From positions 62,001 to 126,000 of the forward strand of contig JAVKOQ020000057.1 in the NCBI GenBank assembly GCA_031835245.2: a DNA stretch of 64,000 nucleotides, in the 5' to 3' direction. The DNA is from Balamuthia mandrillaris. Its lineage: Eukaryota. A program made the translations under genes and the position numbers. Under the pieces are notes generated by a model. It was not told the DNA's origin and did no database searches. It saw only the letters and a program-made list of their open reading frames with translations. Of this stretch, positions 1 through 11,722 are shown piece by piece. Position 1 is the stretch's first letter. Every line of letters starts with the position of its first letter.

Positions 1-29
1 ATGCGTGGGTTCAAATCCCACTCCGTGCA
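1..29 (+). tRNA. 3' end of a tRNA gene (T-arm and acceptor strand), probably Leu; cut by window edge
   Basis: GTGGG-TTCAAAT-CCCAC T-stem/loop, then TCCGTGC-A acceptor strand, then a T8 Pol III terminator at 35-42. The anticodon lies outside the window. Confidence 0.8.
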
Positions 30-206
30 ATTCGTTTTTTTTAAATCGTTATTTGCTTCTTCCCTTTTTTTCTGCTTCTCCTCTCTGCGGTAAGAAAGAA
101 GGCCGATTGTAGGAGGTTTACACGGTTCTTCTTCTGCCTGCCGTGTGTCTCTGGCCTACACAACGTTGCGTTTTTTGTTACAAAATATGCAATGCAGCAA
201 ACAACG

Positions 207-870
207 TTATTTTTTATTTACTTTTTGCCAAACAGCTCTCTCTCTCTCCTCTCTCCCCAATATCTTGTTTTTCTTAAGATCTCTCAGCCTCAGGAGCTCC
301 ATCTCCTGTCGCTTCGAGGTCACGATGGCCTCCTCTTCGTTCATGCAGCTGACCTTCTCCGTGGCGCAAAGGACGTCTCTGCAGCCGGTCGTGTAGGTAA
401 CGCGATGCACTTGCGCTCGTTTGAGCTCTTGCAAGCAGTCGCGACAGGGCTTGGATGGGGCAAAGTCGCCTGACGTTGCTGCAAGACGAACGACGATGAG
501 GTCCATTCCTTTTGTCAGATTTTTATGCTTCTTCTTCTTCTTCCACTGTTGAGCCTCGTTCAAAATAATACTATTGATGATTAAGGACAAAAATGTTAGG
601 CGAGCAAACGTTAGAGAGTGTTTGTGTTTCTCTTCTCTTCTTTCTTCTCTTCAAAGTTCTGTTCATCGTTCTCTTCTTCTCTCATACCAGGGCTTGAAGT
701 TCGGCGTGGGTGCTGCACACGTTCCTGCGGCTAAGCCTGCTCCTGTAGTGGTTGTGCCCTTTGGCCAAGACCTTGCCCCCTTTCACGAGCAACGCGCCGT
801 GCTTCATGCCCATAGGGCTCTTGGCCGCCTCCTCTCCCGCCATCTCCAAATACCTCTCGATACGACCCAT
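207..870 (-). CDS. Zn-dependent cytidine/dCMP deaminase-fold protein (2 or more exons)
   Basis: Exon 1 has KHGALLVKGGKVLAKGHN...STHAE; exon 2 has SKPCRDC (HxE...PCxxC). Intron at about 686-570. The 3' end is uncertain because a further exon near 155 is possible. Confidence 0.85.
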
Positions 871-1135
871 TTCGCCGCTACCCCCAACTTACGCGCCTCT
901 TCCCGCTACTTCGTTTTTGTACTTCTTTTTTTTTGTACTTCTCTCTTTCTTTTTACTTTATTTTTTGATTTTTCCAAAATTATTGATAATTCGCTGAATA
1001 TTTTTATTGTAGTCGACATGGGCTGTTCCCCGCCAAAAATCGGAGGCAAGCGCTCTTTGGCGCCCGAGACGGTTATCAAGGAACACCGAGGAGCGAAGAA
1101 AAGGGTAAAGATAGCAACAGGAAAAAAAAAAAGGG

Positions 1136-1213
1136 AGGATACAGCACGATGGATTCCCGGGTGGTCACCCACCCCAGTACTAACATCGCCTGGCGGAGCT
1201 TAACTTCGCTGAT
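1136..1213 (-). pseudogene. 5'-truncated 5S rRNA copy (about nt 42-119) retaining terminator and about 50 bp of 3' flank
   Basis: Reverse complement matches the 3' 78 nt of the 5S gene at 39954-40072; 1081-1135 matches the flank at 40073-40125. Confidence 0.9.
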
Positions 1214-1273
1214 GGCGGAGCTTAACTTCGCCACCCGTCCGATCAGCGAAGTTAAGCTCCGCCATCAGCGAAG
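1204..1273. repeat. Perfect 28-bp inverted repeat built from 5S fragments
   Basis: 1204-1231 CTTCGCTGATGGCGGAGCTTAACTTCGC is the exact reverse complement of 1246-1273, with a 14-nt spacer. Confidence 0.9.
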
Positions 1274-4200
1274 GCAGAATCGAGGTTCCCATAGGACGAG
1301 AAAATAGAGGAGATGAGAGAGAGCCCTTTGCTTTCTGCTGGACCACAGAAAAGCAACAAAAACCAAATAGTACCCAGTTATGTCACCCCATCGTGCAGCA
1401 TCAGCAATGAGAAGCGGAAAAGGAGAGTACAAAGAATGAGACTCTCCCCTTCCCCTTACGTTGCTAGAATCAGGGGCATCATGAGATGACACAACTGGGT
1501 GGAGTGTAGATTGGAAATGGCACTGGTGTGTGTTTGTCGTTGTGGGAGCAGTTGGGTGTAGTTCGCAATAAAGGAGGGTATTGGAACAACAACAAAAGAG
1601 GGCAGAGGGCAGCAGAGGCGAGACTTTTTTGCGTTGTGGGCAAAGCTGAAGAGTTGACGATGAGAAAAACGAGGCAAGACAAGGGAGCGGACGCGACGGT
1701 GAAGAAGACTTTTTCACCGAGAGGTGAAGGCGGCAAAAGCGCGAAGAATAGAAGACAAAGTGAAGACAAAGACGGTACGAACAGAGAGGGTTGGTTGAAA
1801 GCGAGGTGGACAAAGCAGTAGTGGAAAAGAGTGCCAAAGTGTACGAAGGCGTTCAGGTCGAACGGCGTAGTCATTAGTTGATGAACGTTTCGGTAGGGTT
1901 AAAAAAAAGGGTCTGCGGTAGCTGGAAGCACAGCGAAGAAGAGTTAAAGGAAGGTATAGGAAATCGTCGGGGTGGAAGCCAAAGTTGCTGAAAAAAATCG
2001 TCTGTTTGGGAGCTAAGACGGTAACAGGAAGAAGAAAACAAGGCTGTTGAGAGCGAAGGAAAAAAAAACGAAATACAAATCGAGGATGATGACCGACGAT
2101 GCCAAGGGGAGAGGCTCTAATGTAGAAGCACCGCTGTCGGGTGAAGGAGAGAACATCAGCGCACAGATCCACCACGAGGAAGGAAGATATGCGTCGCGGA
2201 TTTTTGTTCAGCGCGAGGAAGACTGACGCACAAGCAAAGCGTAAGCAAGAGGAGTTGCGCAAGAAGCAAAGGCAAAGTCATTAGCCGCTTCTTTTTGCTC
2301 TGTCTTGAACTTGTTGCCTTAATCGTTATTATTCTGCAGATGGCGAAAGGAAGGCCTTGGAAGGGTTAATCGTTGCCATAGTAAGCAGTTGGTGTACTAG
2401 CCACAGTAGTTCATCTGAGTTACTGTTCCAAACCCAAACCCGAGGGTTGACAACGTTCATGGTCGGCGAGGTACCCCGTTGGTCCATTAGGTGCTCCGTT
2501 GGGGTTGCAAAATCCACTTCGTCAGTAGTCCTCAGTCGGTGGCAGGTTCTCGGTCGGGCAATCCCACAGGCATAACAAATAAGTGGAAGCAGTGAGGCAT
2601 AGCACTCATCGGTAAGAAACAGGAGAAGATGGCAAGAGTCAAAGAGCAAAGAAGTAGTTGGTTGGTCAGGGAAGCATAAGGTTGAAGGCAGATAGTGGGT
2701 GTTACAAAGGTTCGTCGCATGGCATGACGCTGGTTATGTCGTAAACTTACCTCGTTGAAGGTGAGGAGAGTAGATAGAAAAGGAGAGTAGAAAGTGCAGA
2801 AGGCGGGAGAAAGAAAGCAGTGAAGATGGTAACAAAAGAACCTGAATGAACGATGACACCAGAAGGGCCAACCAAGAAGGAAGAACAAACTTGGTAGTTG
2901 CAGTAGGAAGGAAAGGATGACTAAAGAAGGGCACATTCCTTGAAGATGGAACGAAGAAACAGAGAAAATCAGGGGGGTACCACCAGCAAGAAGACTGCTG
3001 CAAAAAGTTGGTGTTTGCTGTCCCTAGTTCCTCCACGCCTTACGACAAAGATCCAACGCCGCACTACAGCTTGGGGAAGATCCAATTCAATGAAAGGGTG
3101 GAGAAGCAGCAACAGTAAAGGAGTGATATCTCGTCTGTGTGGAGAGATAGGGAAAAAGAACAAGGCCGCGGCTCCGTGTCAGATGAAATAACCAGCAAAG
3201 CGAAGCGTTGAGAGTTGCGTAAGGGAAGGAGGAAATGCAGACGACATCGTTTACCAGTAGGAGGCTAAGTTTGTTGTCGACGAACCGATCGGTTGTAGCA
3301 GCAATAAGCAGAAAACAAAATAGAGAACAGGGTGTTGGCCATAAGCGTTGAAGATGATAGTGTTGTTTGAGAAGGATGGAGGAAACATAACGTCGAAGAG
3401 TGAGATGCAGAAGAACAAACCGTCGTCATTGAAAGATCCTGTTCGTAGAGTAACCGCCAGGCCAAATAGACAAGAACTGAGTGCAGAGCGCAATGATAAA
3501 GAGTCGTTGTACCGGTGGAAGTTGCAATAATCTAGGTCCGCCGGCTTCCCAGCCACGATGTGCAGGAGAATGATGACGATGATGAGATGACAGAAGGTGA
3601 CGCAGTGCTGAAGGGTGAGAGAAATTAGAAGTTGATTAGAACAGCATGGTTAAGAGGCTGTCGCACGAAGATGACAAATGACAGAAGAACAGGGGCAAAT
3701 GATATCAGAAGGAAACTTTGCGTAGTTGTGTGATCATCGCCGTCGGAAAAGTGGTAAACGTCAAACGAAGGTATGCAGCGAAAAGAAGTTAGCGTCGTAT
3801 GAAGGAGAAGAGTTGCGACTCGGTTTGTTGAAGCACAATTGTCGGGCGCGGATTTGTCGGGCAGCAGGTCGAAAGATGTCATCGAGCAAGTCCTCAGTCG
3901 GCAAGTCGGCAGGTCCACGGTCAGCCGGGCAAGTCCACAGGTTGTCGGGGGCAGGTCCTCGGTCGGCCAGGCAAGTCCACGGGTCCTCGGGCGCGGGTCC
4001 ACAGATCGTCAATGGGCGGCAGAGGTCTTCGTCGATCGGCGGCAGGTCCTCGGTCGGCCAGGCAAGTCCACGGGTCCTCGGATCGTCAGCCGGCGGCAGG
4101 TCCACAGGTCTTCGTCGGTCGGCGGCAGGTCCTCGGTCGGCCAGGCAAGTCCACGGGTCCTCGGGCGCGGGTCCACAGATCGTCAATGGGCGGCAGGTCC

Positions 4201-5400
4201 TCGGTCGGCCAGGTAAGTCCACGGGTCCACAGATCGTCAGCCGGCGGCAGGTCCAAAAGTCCAAAGGCAAGTCGGGTCACAGTCCTCACAAGCAGGGTGG
4301 TGCAGGGGTAAACAGCTGTCATAGGGTTGATTTGTTGTGTGTTGTTATCCATAACGGAGTAAAGAAGCAATGCAAAAGAGTTGGCGATTAGTGCCCAGAG
4401 ACTGGAGTAAGTGCAGAAGCTGGTGCTGTTCGAGGCCAAAATTGCAAAATTTTGTGTGGGTCTACGCAATGCGTTCCCTCTTCCGTTCGACAAAAACTTA
4501 CCGTTGGATGAGTGGCTTGGATTGAAAATGAGTTAGCAGGAAGGAAGAGGGTCCAGAACGTGAATGCTGCACCGAGAGCGGGAGGGGAGGCAGGTGAATG
4601 CTGTGCACTGAGAGAGGGAGGTGATTGATGGCGCTTGGGGGTAGGGAACCAGGATAGAAGAAGAATAGACCGAAGGCGATTTGAAAGAGAAGAGGTTGGT
4701 GTAGAACGGAGAAGAGCATAGCAGGAAGAAGACAGAAAGAAAAAAGCAGAGCTGGCGGATAAGCGGACGAACAATAACTTGCAAAGACGAGGTGCAGGCC
4801 ACAAAAAGGGGGCCACGTGCGCCGAAAGGGGAAAGGATTCGAATGTACCAGGGTTGCGCATCGACTTGTAGTAGCGCAGGCGTTGAGTGCATCAAAACAG
4901 GCCTCGCACGAAAGCAAGGCAAGAATGTTGTTCGGCAAAGGGGCAGAACGCTGCTGAAAACTTGTGCAAAAAAGTATCGTTACGGGGTAGAGACGGGCAC
5001 GGAAGAGTGAGACTTATAGCCCACAGGGGAGGCTACTCCAAGACGTGAAGAAAAACAGAACGCTCAACGGGCAGATTGGCCGTAACGTCGCAAAAGCAAA
5101 TCGTGCGTCTGTTCCGCTGGAATCAACGAGCAGGAGGAAAAAATCATCAGAGCGCTCAACAGGTAGATTGACAGTCACCAGTCGTTGGGGGGGAAGAGAG
5201 AGAGAACTTCTTGGCGTTCTTGAAGCGGTTGCGGTTTATTGTTGTGTGTAGTAAAAAAAAGTGTAGCAGTGCGTCATTGTGAGTGAGTAAGGGAGGGAAA
5301 AGTGTGTAGTCGTTCGAAAGAAGAAGGGAAAAACTGCGCGAATTTATGGTGAGGGAAGAGGCAACCGAAATGCGGGTTTGCATTATGGGACGGGAGAAAT
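1274..5400 (-). mobile_element. Decayed Ty3/gypsy (chromovirus-like) LTR retrotransposon remnant
   Basis: Fragmented minus-strand motifs in gypsy order: RT-like LDYCNF...TIIFNAYGQ (about 3550-3330) and VNDVV (about 3250, YxDD position); integrase-like PLGIVGHHPRFVFRFF (about 2100, cf. IVSDRDPRFTSRFW) and TTPFDLN (about 1870); LHPVV (about 1500, GPY/F region); chromodomain-like LYFLVLWE (about 1300). No LTRs recognised; right boundary approximate. Confidence 0.55.
3885..4265. repeat. GC-rich mosaic tandem repeat
   Basis: Core GGCAGGTCCTCGGTCGGCCAGGCAAGTCCACGGGTCC recurs about 4 times (about 3950, 4041, 4123, 4192) with alternating reused linkers. Confidence 0.85.
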
Positions 5401-5626
5401 TTGCGGAAGTTTCTTGGATTGCCATTGGCGGGAAAGGCAGGGAGAATTACTAAGGGAACGGAGCTTTTTTTTATTTGCCGACTTGTACATTTTTGTCGAC
5501 TCCTCTCGAGACTTTTGTCTGTCGCTCAATCGTGATAGGACCCCTGCTGGGATGATGCTCATCCGCATCCTCAGCTCGTTGGTGTGGCTGATAATTTGGC
5601 GGATAGGGTGGTTGAGAACTGGTAAT

Positions 5627-8038
5627 CTACATCATTCCATGGGGCAACAAGAACAAAAAACAAAGTGATAAAAGTGCAAACCTCAATTCCTTCGTCACGG
5701 CTTTCAGGTCAAACTCAAATACGGCGGCCAGCTTCTGGCCGACCTCATGATTGTTCCAATGGCCCTCTGAAAAGATCTCCTTACCAGTTCCCCAAGAGTA
5801 CAAGTTGACGTCCACACCAGTATGGCCGGGAGTGGTCCAGGCGATGTTGGCACGTTTAGATATGACCTCACCGATGGCGATTGGCACGTGCTCCACCCCG
5901 TCGTTGGGGTTGCGGAGAGTATCGACGGCGGCTTTGATGGAGTTGACCTCTGCCTCAGTCGGATTGTTCACACCAAAGGAAGAGAGCACTTTGGCAATAT
6001 TTTTGTTTTCCTTGTTTTATCATTTGTTTTGTTAACAGGGAAATAAAAAAAGCCAAAAGAAAGAGAGAGAGAGAGAGAGAGAGAGCGAGAGTGAGAGAAA
6101 GAGAAAAAAGACGAAACAAGTGAGCATACTTTGAGGATTTGGTCAGTCATTCTGTCTGTGGATGCATTCACGGCAAGAATGACTTGTGGACTCCACATGT
6201 ATTCCGGGTAAGTCCCGTCCTCTTTCTTTCTTCCAAGAGTAAGTCCTCCTGTTGAATGATCAGATGTGCTGACCACTTTTTTGTTTCACGTTAACAACAA
6301 ATCAACACGTGAGAAAGAGGTGAGAGAGACAAAATACCAAGAGTTGGCTTTGTTTCCTTTTTGCCAATAAACTCAAGTACTACTCCGATTGTCTCATCGT
6401 AGGCCATGATATCACTGTAATGCCCTACAGGGTCGTTTTTATGTCCTGCCATATCGATTCTACTTCCTTCCACCAATAACATAAAGCCTTTCCCTGCGCT
6501 CACTTTACATGAAGAGTGCAACAAAGTGAGTTTGAAAAGAGGAGCGAGGAAGAGCAGAGGGACGAAAAGAGTACCTGTTTCAAGAATATGAAGAGCTTTC
6601 TCAGTCATTTCAGCGAGACTAGGTTGTTGAGTGATGTGCCTATCCACTTCAAAAGCCATGTGTCCATCCGCAAATAAACCCAATATGGGAGTTTGAATCG
6701 GCGCATTTTGCAACTCTGTAACAAGAAAACAAACTCAGTAATTTAGCTCTTCGCTCAACAACTTGCGTATGTAACGAACAGGCATAGAAAAAGAAAAACT
6801 AAAAAAGAAAATGGGACCTTCAGATGTGTAAATAAACTTGTAGCCTTTTGCCTTGGCCTTTTCCATCAGCGTTGGGGTGAAGAATTTCTTGCCACCCCCA
6901 AACATGAGGTCTATGCCTTGCTCTATTTGTTGTTCTGTGATGAAGGAATAGAGATCTCTGTCCACCGAGTGAGAGGAGAAAGCCGCTGGTGTCGCATGAG
7001 ATAAATAACTCGTTACCACCAACCTGTTCCATTTTTGTTGTCGTTGTTATCTCGTTAGTAAGAAGAAGACGAACAAGAAGAACAGCAAGCAAGAAGAAGA
7101 ACGAGAAGAGATACCCAGTGAGCATTCCTCTCTTTCTAGCAGCTTCCATGAGGGTGCCACAGGGTTGCTTCGCCAAGGGATCCACCGAGACACCTCTATT
7201 ATATGTTTTCAGCCCACAGGCATAAGCCGTTGCCCCGGCTGTAGTTTCTCCAAAGTTAACAAAATGAAGAAGACGCGACACGAAATAAATGACAAGCAAG
7301 GAGGAGGAAACAAAGACAGGGAGAGAAAGCTAGCAACCTGCAGAGTCGGTGATGAATGAGTCTGCAGAATGAGTCTGTACAGTTCCACGAAGTCCACTAT
7401 CCAAGTTCAACCGATGCTCCTCGGCCAACGGATCGGTAAAGAACTTTGTCTCCTTATTGTCGCTGTCTTTCCTTTCTTTCTTGCCTTCTTCCTCAGCTGC
7501 TTGCTTGGCGGCAGCGGCCACCAAAGAAACCTCCCTGGCAAAGGTGACCGAAGCGGGGCCAAACCCGTCGGACACCATGAAGACGAGGTTGAGAGGCTTG
7601 GGAGGGCTATGCAGCACTCGGGCGTAGTAAAAGGCAAGCACGGAGGCGGAGATGACGCATATGGCGCCAAAGAGGGCGAGGCAGAGGATGAAGAAGCGCT
7701 TGCGGGAGCGGAGGAATGAGCCGCCCTGCCTTAGGTTCGCGCTGCGACTGTGTCTCTTTAGGAGAGAAGAGGAGGAGGAGTGGAAAAGAGAGTTCTCTGT
7801 GGATGGATCGCCAACGGAAGAACTGAGGGAAAAAAAGAAAAGAAAAGAAGAAATGTTGAATACATGTTCAAACTCATTCATTCAGAGAGCGAGGGAAAAA
7901 AAAAAAAACAACGTACAACGTTTGTTCTTCGGTGTCATTTAGAGGTTCATCCAGTATTTCCATTTCTTGAAGCTCCACCTCGTCGTCGTCGTCATCGTCA
8001 AGCCGCAAGTTGGCCGTCGCGCTTTTCTTGTTTGTCAT
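5627..8038 (-). CDS. Alkaline phosphatase, PHO8-like type II membrane protein (multi-exon)
   Basis: N-terminal TM helix, NLVFMVSDGFG, ITDSAAGATA (catalytic Ser), SHATPAAF, LVEGSRIDMAGH, TSDHSTGG, GHTGVDV. The last exon may extend below 5627. Confidence 0.92.
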
Positions 8039-8209
8039 CTTTTTTCTTTTGGCTCTTTTGTTTGTTTTGGTTTTTTTTTTTTTTGGTGTTGATAAAATCT
8101 CATGACGACACGATAGTTCAGATCCGTTTAAGCCAATCAACAATCAAAATATTTTTTGACGACAAAAATTTGTCGGCACAAATAAACGGCCCATTAAAGC
8201 AAGTTTGAA

Positions 8210-8510
8210 GGGGCATCCGTTCGTCCTGGCCCATATGAGTGCCTCCAACTTGACCATGGCGGGCAGCCGCGTGACGCACAACCATGCACCAAGGGCATCC
8301 GTTCCGATTGGCCCATTTTAACCCGTTCTTGGCAGCGTGGACGCAAGGCCTCGCACTCCAAGGACAATTCTGTGCTCTGTGCCTTTCGCAGCACAAGTCC
8401 AACTCGTCCCGCATGGGACGGCTAACCCTCGTCTCGTGCCCATTTCAGCATTTCTATTTGGCCCTGCCGAGGACTTGCAAGAGCGAAAAGAGAGGTGTGT
8501 GCAAAGAACC
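8210..8510 (-). pseudogene. Degenerate ankyrin-repeat fragment (CPW-type)
   Basis: Frameshifted GQIEMLKWARDEG, NCPWSARPCVHAAKNG, LKWANRNGCPW, AAARHGQ. Confidence 0.6.
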
Positions 8511-8518
8511 TCTTTGTT

Positions 8519-10039
8519 TTAAATGACAAGGCGATACGTGACATAGGTACCAGAGGTAGGAGAATCCCGAATGATCTTGACCACCTGTCCCTTTTGTAAG
8601 GCATAGTACCTCGCCACCGGATCGCTCTCCTTTATCTGAGGGAGCTGATCCACCCGAAGTTTGTACTTGGAGAGCAGCCGGTCCCGTTGTTTGTCAGAGA
8701 GGAGGACATGCCTAGGGACTAGCTTGTGTTCGGTGATGTTGACCATGAGCTCTTTCTCTGTGAAGCACTCCATCTTGAAGCGGACTGCCATTTCGTGCAC
8801 GGCTTTCTTGGAGGTGGGAGTTAAACCTGCGTAGATAAGAGAGTGAAGAAATGAGAAAAGCGCATAAGAAGCGAAAGAAGACCTGAAGAGAAGCGAATAT
8901 CGGAGAGAAGAAAGCAAGAATGACAAAGGGACAGGAGAGAGAGTAAAAGGATAAGCAAAGACGTAGAACTAGAGAGAAGAGAAGAGAAGAGAAGAGAAGA
9001 GAAGAGAAGAGAAGAGAAGAGAAGAGAAGAGAAGAGAAGAGAAGAGAAGAGAAGAGAACGATGAAGAGAACGATGAAGAGAAGAGAAGAGAAGAAGAAAG
9101 AGAAGGAGAAGAGAAGAGAAGAGAAGAGAAGAGAAGAGAAGAAGAGAGAAGAGAACGATGAAGAGAAGAGAAGAGAACGATGAAGAGAAGAGAAGAGAAC
9201 GATGAAGAGAAGAGAAGAGAACGATGAAGAGAACGATGAAGAGGAAGAGAAGAGAAGAGAAGAGAAGAAGAGAACGATGAAGAGAAGAGAACGATGAAGA
9301 GAAGAGAAGAGAAGAGAAGAGAAGAGAGAAGAGAAGAGAAGAGAACGATGAAGAGAACGATGAAGAGAACGATATGGAGAGAACGATGAAGAACGATGGA
9401 AGAAACGATGAAGAGAAGAGAACGATGAAGAGAAGAGAAGAGAAGAGAAGAGAAGAGAAGAGAAGAGAAGAGAAGAGAAGAGAAGAGAAGAGAAGAGAAG
9501 AGAAGAGAGAAGCAGAGAAAAAAGAAGAACACAAAAGAACGAGAGAAGAGCAGGAGAGTCGAACCAACTCGAACTATCAAAATGGCGCTGCGCACGTCCT
9601 TGTCCATCATCTTTTGGAACAGCGGTTTCAGCACCGAGACGCCAGGCTTGGCCTCCTCCGGCCAAAACACAAACACTCCATTGGGACTGGTGGCGCTGTC
9701 CTTAGCCGCTCTTTCCTGCCTGCTCTCCTCTCTCTCCTCTCTTTCTTTGGCTCTTTGCTTGCGTGTCTCCTCATCCAGAAACATGTTCTCCTCCTCCTCT
9801 CCTTTGTCTTCCTCCTCTGCCTCCTCTTCCTCCACCGCTTGAGAAGCAGCCCCCGTTTGTGTTTGATGAGGGTAGTACCAATTTTGAGTGAGCTTGGTTC
9901 TGGTTGGAAAGTCGCCGTAGGCCTCACGGAACCGGTCTTTGCTCATATCCAGCTCTTCTTGGGGAACCGCGTAGCCCCTGTCGCTCAACATCTTCACGAC
10001 GGTCCGCCGGATTTGGAACAGCACCACCGTGTCGTCCAT
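8519..10039 (-). CDS. RPB5: RNA polymerase I/II/III shared subunit RPB5-like (2 exons, long microsatellite intron)
   Basis: RRTVVKMLSDRGY; ELMVNITEHKLVPRH; LPQIKESDPVARYY; GQVVKIIR...YVTYRLV. Confidence 0.93.
8971..9512. repeat. (GAGAA)n / GAACGATGAA compound microsatellite in the RPB5 intron
   Basis: Directly visible pentamer array interrupted by GAACGAT units. Confidence 0.95.
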
Positions 10040-10078
10040 CTCTCTCTCTGTCTTTGAGTCTTGCTTTTGTGTTGGACA

Positions 10079-10164
10079 ATGACGACATGAAAATTCAATT
10101 ATTCTCATGACGACACAAAAATTCGCACGATAATGACGACATGGGGGTAAATCATGACGACATG
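10079..10164. promoter_or_regulatory. Cluster of four ATGACGACA motifs upstream of RPB5 (putative promoter element)
   Basis: Copies at about 10079, 10107, 10133 and 10154; the same motif occurs upstream of several other genes. Confidence 0.55.
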
Positions 10165-11722
10165 GCCTGAAAATGAGCTACCCGAAAAACAACGCAAACA
10201 AAAAAAAAAAGATGAACGAAGTAAAAGATGACGGCGACGTCGAAGCCATGGCGGACCTCATAGAGCGGACACTTTTTGTTAGGCCCAAAGCGGCGAGAGA
10301 GAGAAGGTACGTGATTCTTGTTGTTTTGTTCAAAGTTTGTCCTTCCAAGAATTTTTTTTTTCTACCAACACCAATTTTCCCAACTTTGAAAGTATAAGTT
10401 TTGTCATTCTTTTAAACACTTTATCTTAGTTTCCTTTCGAAAACATTGGAGTAACAGCCTTTCAAAAAACACAAACCCAAAAACATGCCAATAACAAAGG
10501 GGCTGTCATGAATGTCACCGTTCCTCCGAGCCTCTGTCCGAATCTCTTCGGATAATTATTACGTCACCTTCCCTCCGCTTCTGCAAGTGTGGATGACGTC
10601 AACGATACCCCGAAGTTGATTCGCGAGGGAGAGCATCTTTTGTCCAATTCTGAAGAAAAGACAGTACGTTCCACCCAAAATTCTGTGTACTTGCAAGAAA
10701 ATGTATGAAAGAAAGGTGAGCATTCAGCAGAGAGACGACAGAGAGAGTAACGCACACTGGACGACCATCTTTACTATTTTGTACTAACAACAACAAAACA
10801 AAGCAAGCTCGCCACTTCCACTTTCAAAAGTTGAAGCGCAGGTTCTCTTTTCTTTTTATATAAAAAGAAAAAGAAAAAAAGCAAAAAAGCGAAGGGTCTT
10901 CGTTGTTGAATGCTAACGAAGCCTCCCATTCTATCTGTACTCTCTTGTTCGTATTGGCTCCTGCTCACCTGTTTCTGCTGCTGCTATCTCTGCTGCTGCC
11001 TTTTCATCGTGCTGATACTCCTCTACGTGGCCCTACAACACCTCTCCACCGACGACTTGGCCCCCCTCTCTTCCAACTAGTAGCAAAGTACGCATCCCGC
11101 TTCCCTCCTTCCTCTTCTTCCTTACCTCATCTCCGACACACTCTCTCTCTCCTCTCTCTTCGCTACGTTATCTTTTTCTTCCTTTCTGTCTTTTCCATTC
11201 GAAATTTTACCGAGAAATCCGGCTAATTAATTTCTCCCCTTCCAATCGCCACTTTTTCCGGAACAAAAAAAATACAATTGTCCGTCCGTGTCCCTTCTTC
11301 CAATAACATCAACCCATCCACCCCACACACGCACGCACACACAGAGCAACACCCGGAAACTTCACAGGCCGTTCGATTCCTTTTTTTTTTTTTTTTTGGT
11401 TTGCTGTGAGCCCCGAGTGCATACCAACGGAGAGTGGGCCACTGGTGACGGGCAACAGACGAGAAATTCGAGAGGGACCAGAATAAACTGAAGAAAACCC
11501 AGGGAAGCGAGGTATGTTAAACCTTTCAAATTTTTGAAACGCTTGAGCTATTTATTTTTGTTTGTTGTTGTGCTCCTCTTCTGGTTTCTTTCTTTCTTTT
11601 TTTTGTTATTGTTATTTTTTTTTTTTTTTGAAATAGCATTTTTTGTTTCAGTTCGACTTACACGTCCTCTCTCTCTCTCGCATTGTGTTTGTGCTGTCAC
11701 TGAAACAAAAGCCAAGACAGCG

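Noticed and set aside
3885..4265. CRISPR-like array
   Set aside because: The linkers are reused and irregular in length, there are no cas genes, and the context is eukaryotic.
5380..5620. Missing 5' half of 5S or an LTR at the far end of the retroelement
   Set aside because: No 5S sequence, TG...CA repeat pair or target-site duplication was found, so a clean insertion into 5S cannot be claimed.
8712..9665. Long ORFs of SSLLF or RREEK repeats (similar ones at 15131-15803, 25222-25611, 57814-58656)
   Set aside because: Translations of intronic microsatellites that lack stop codons.
10212..10710. Possible small plus-strand gene divergent from RPB5
   Set aside because: A start and a splice donor are present, but I could not build a stop-free spliced model or recognise a domain.
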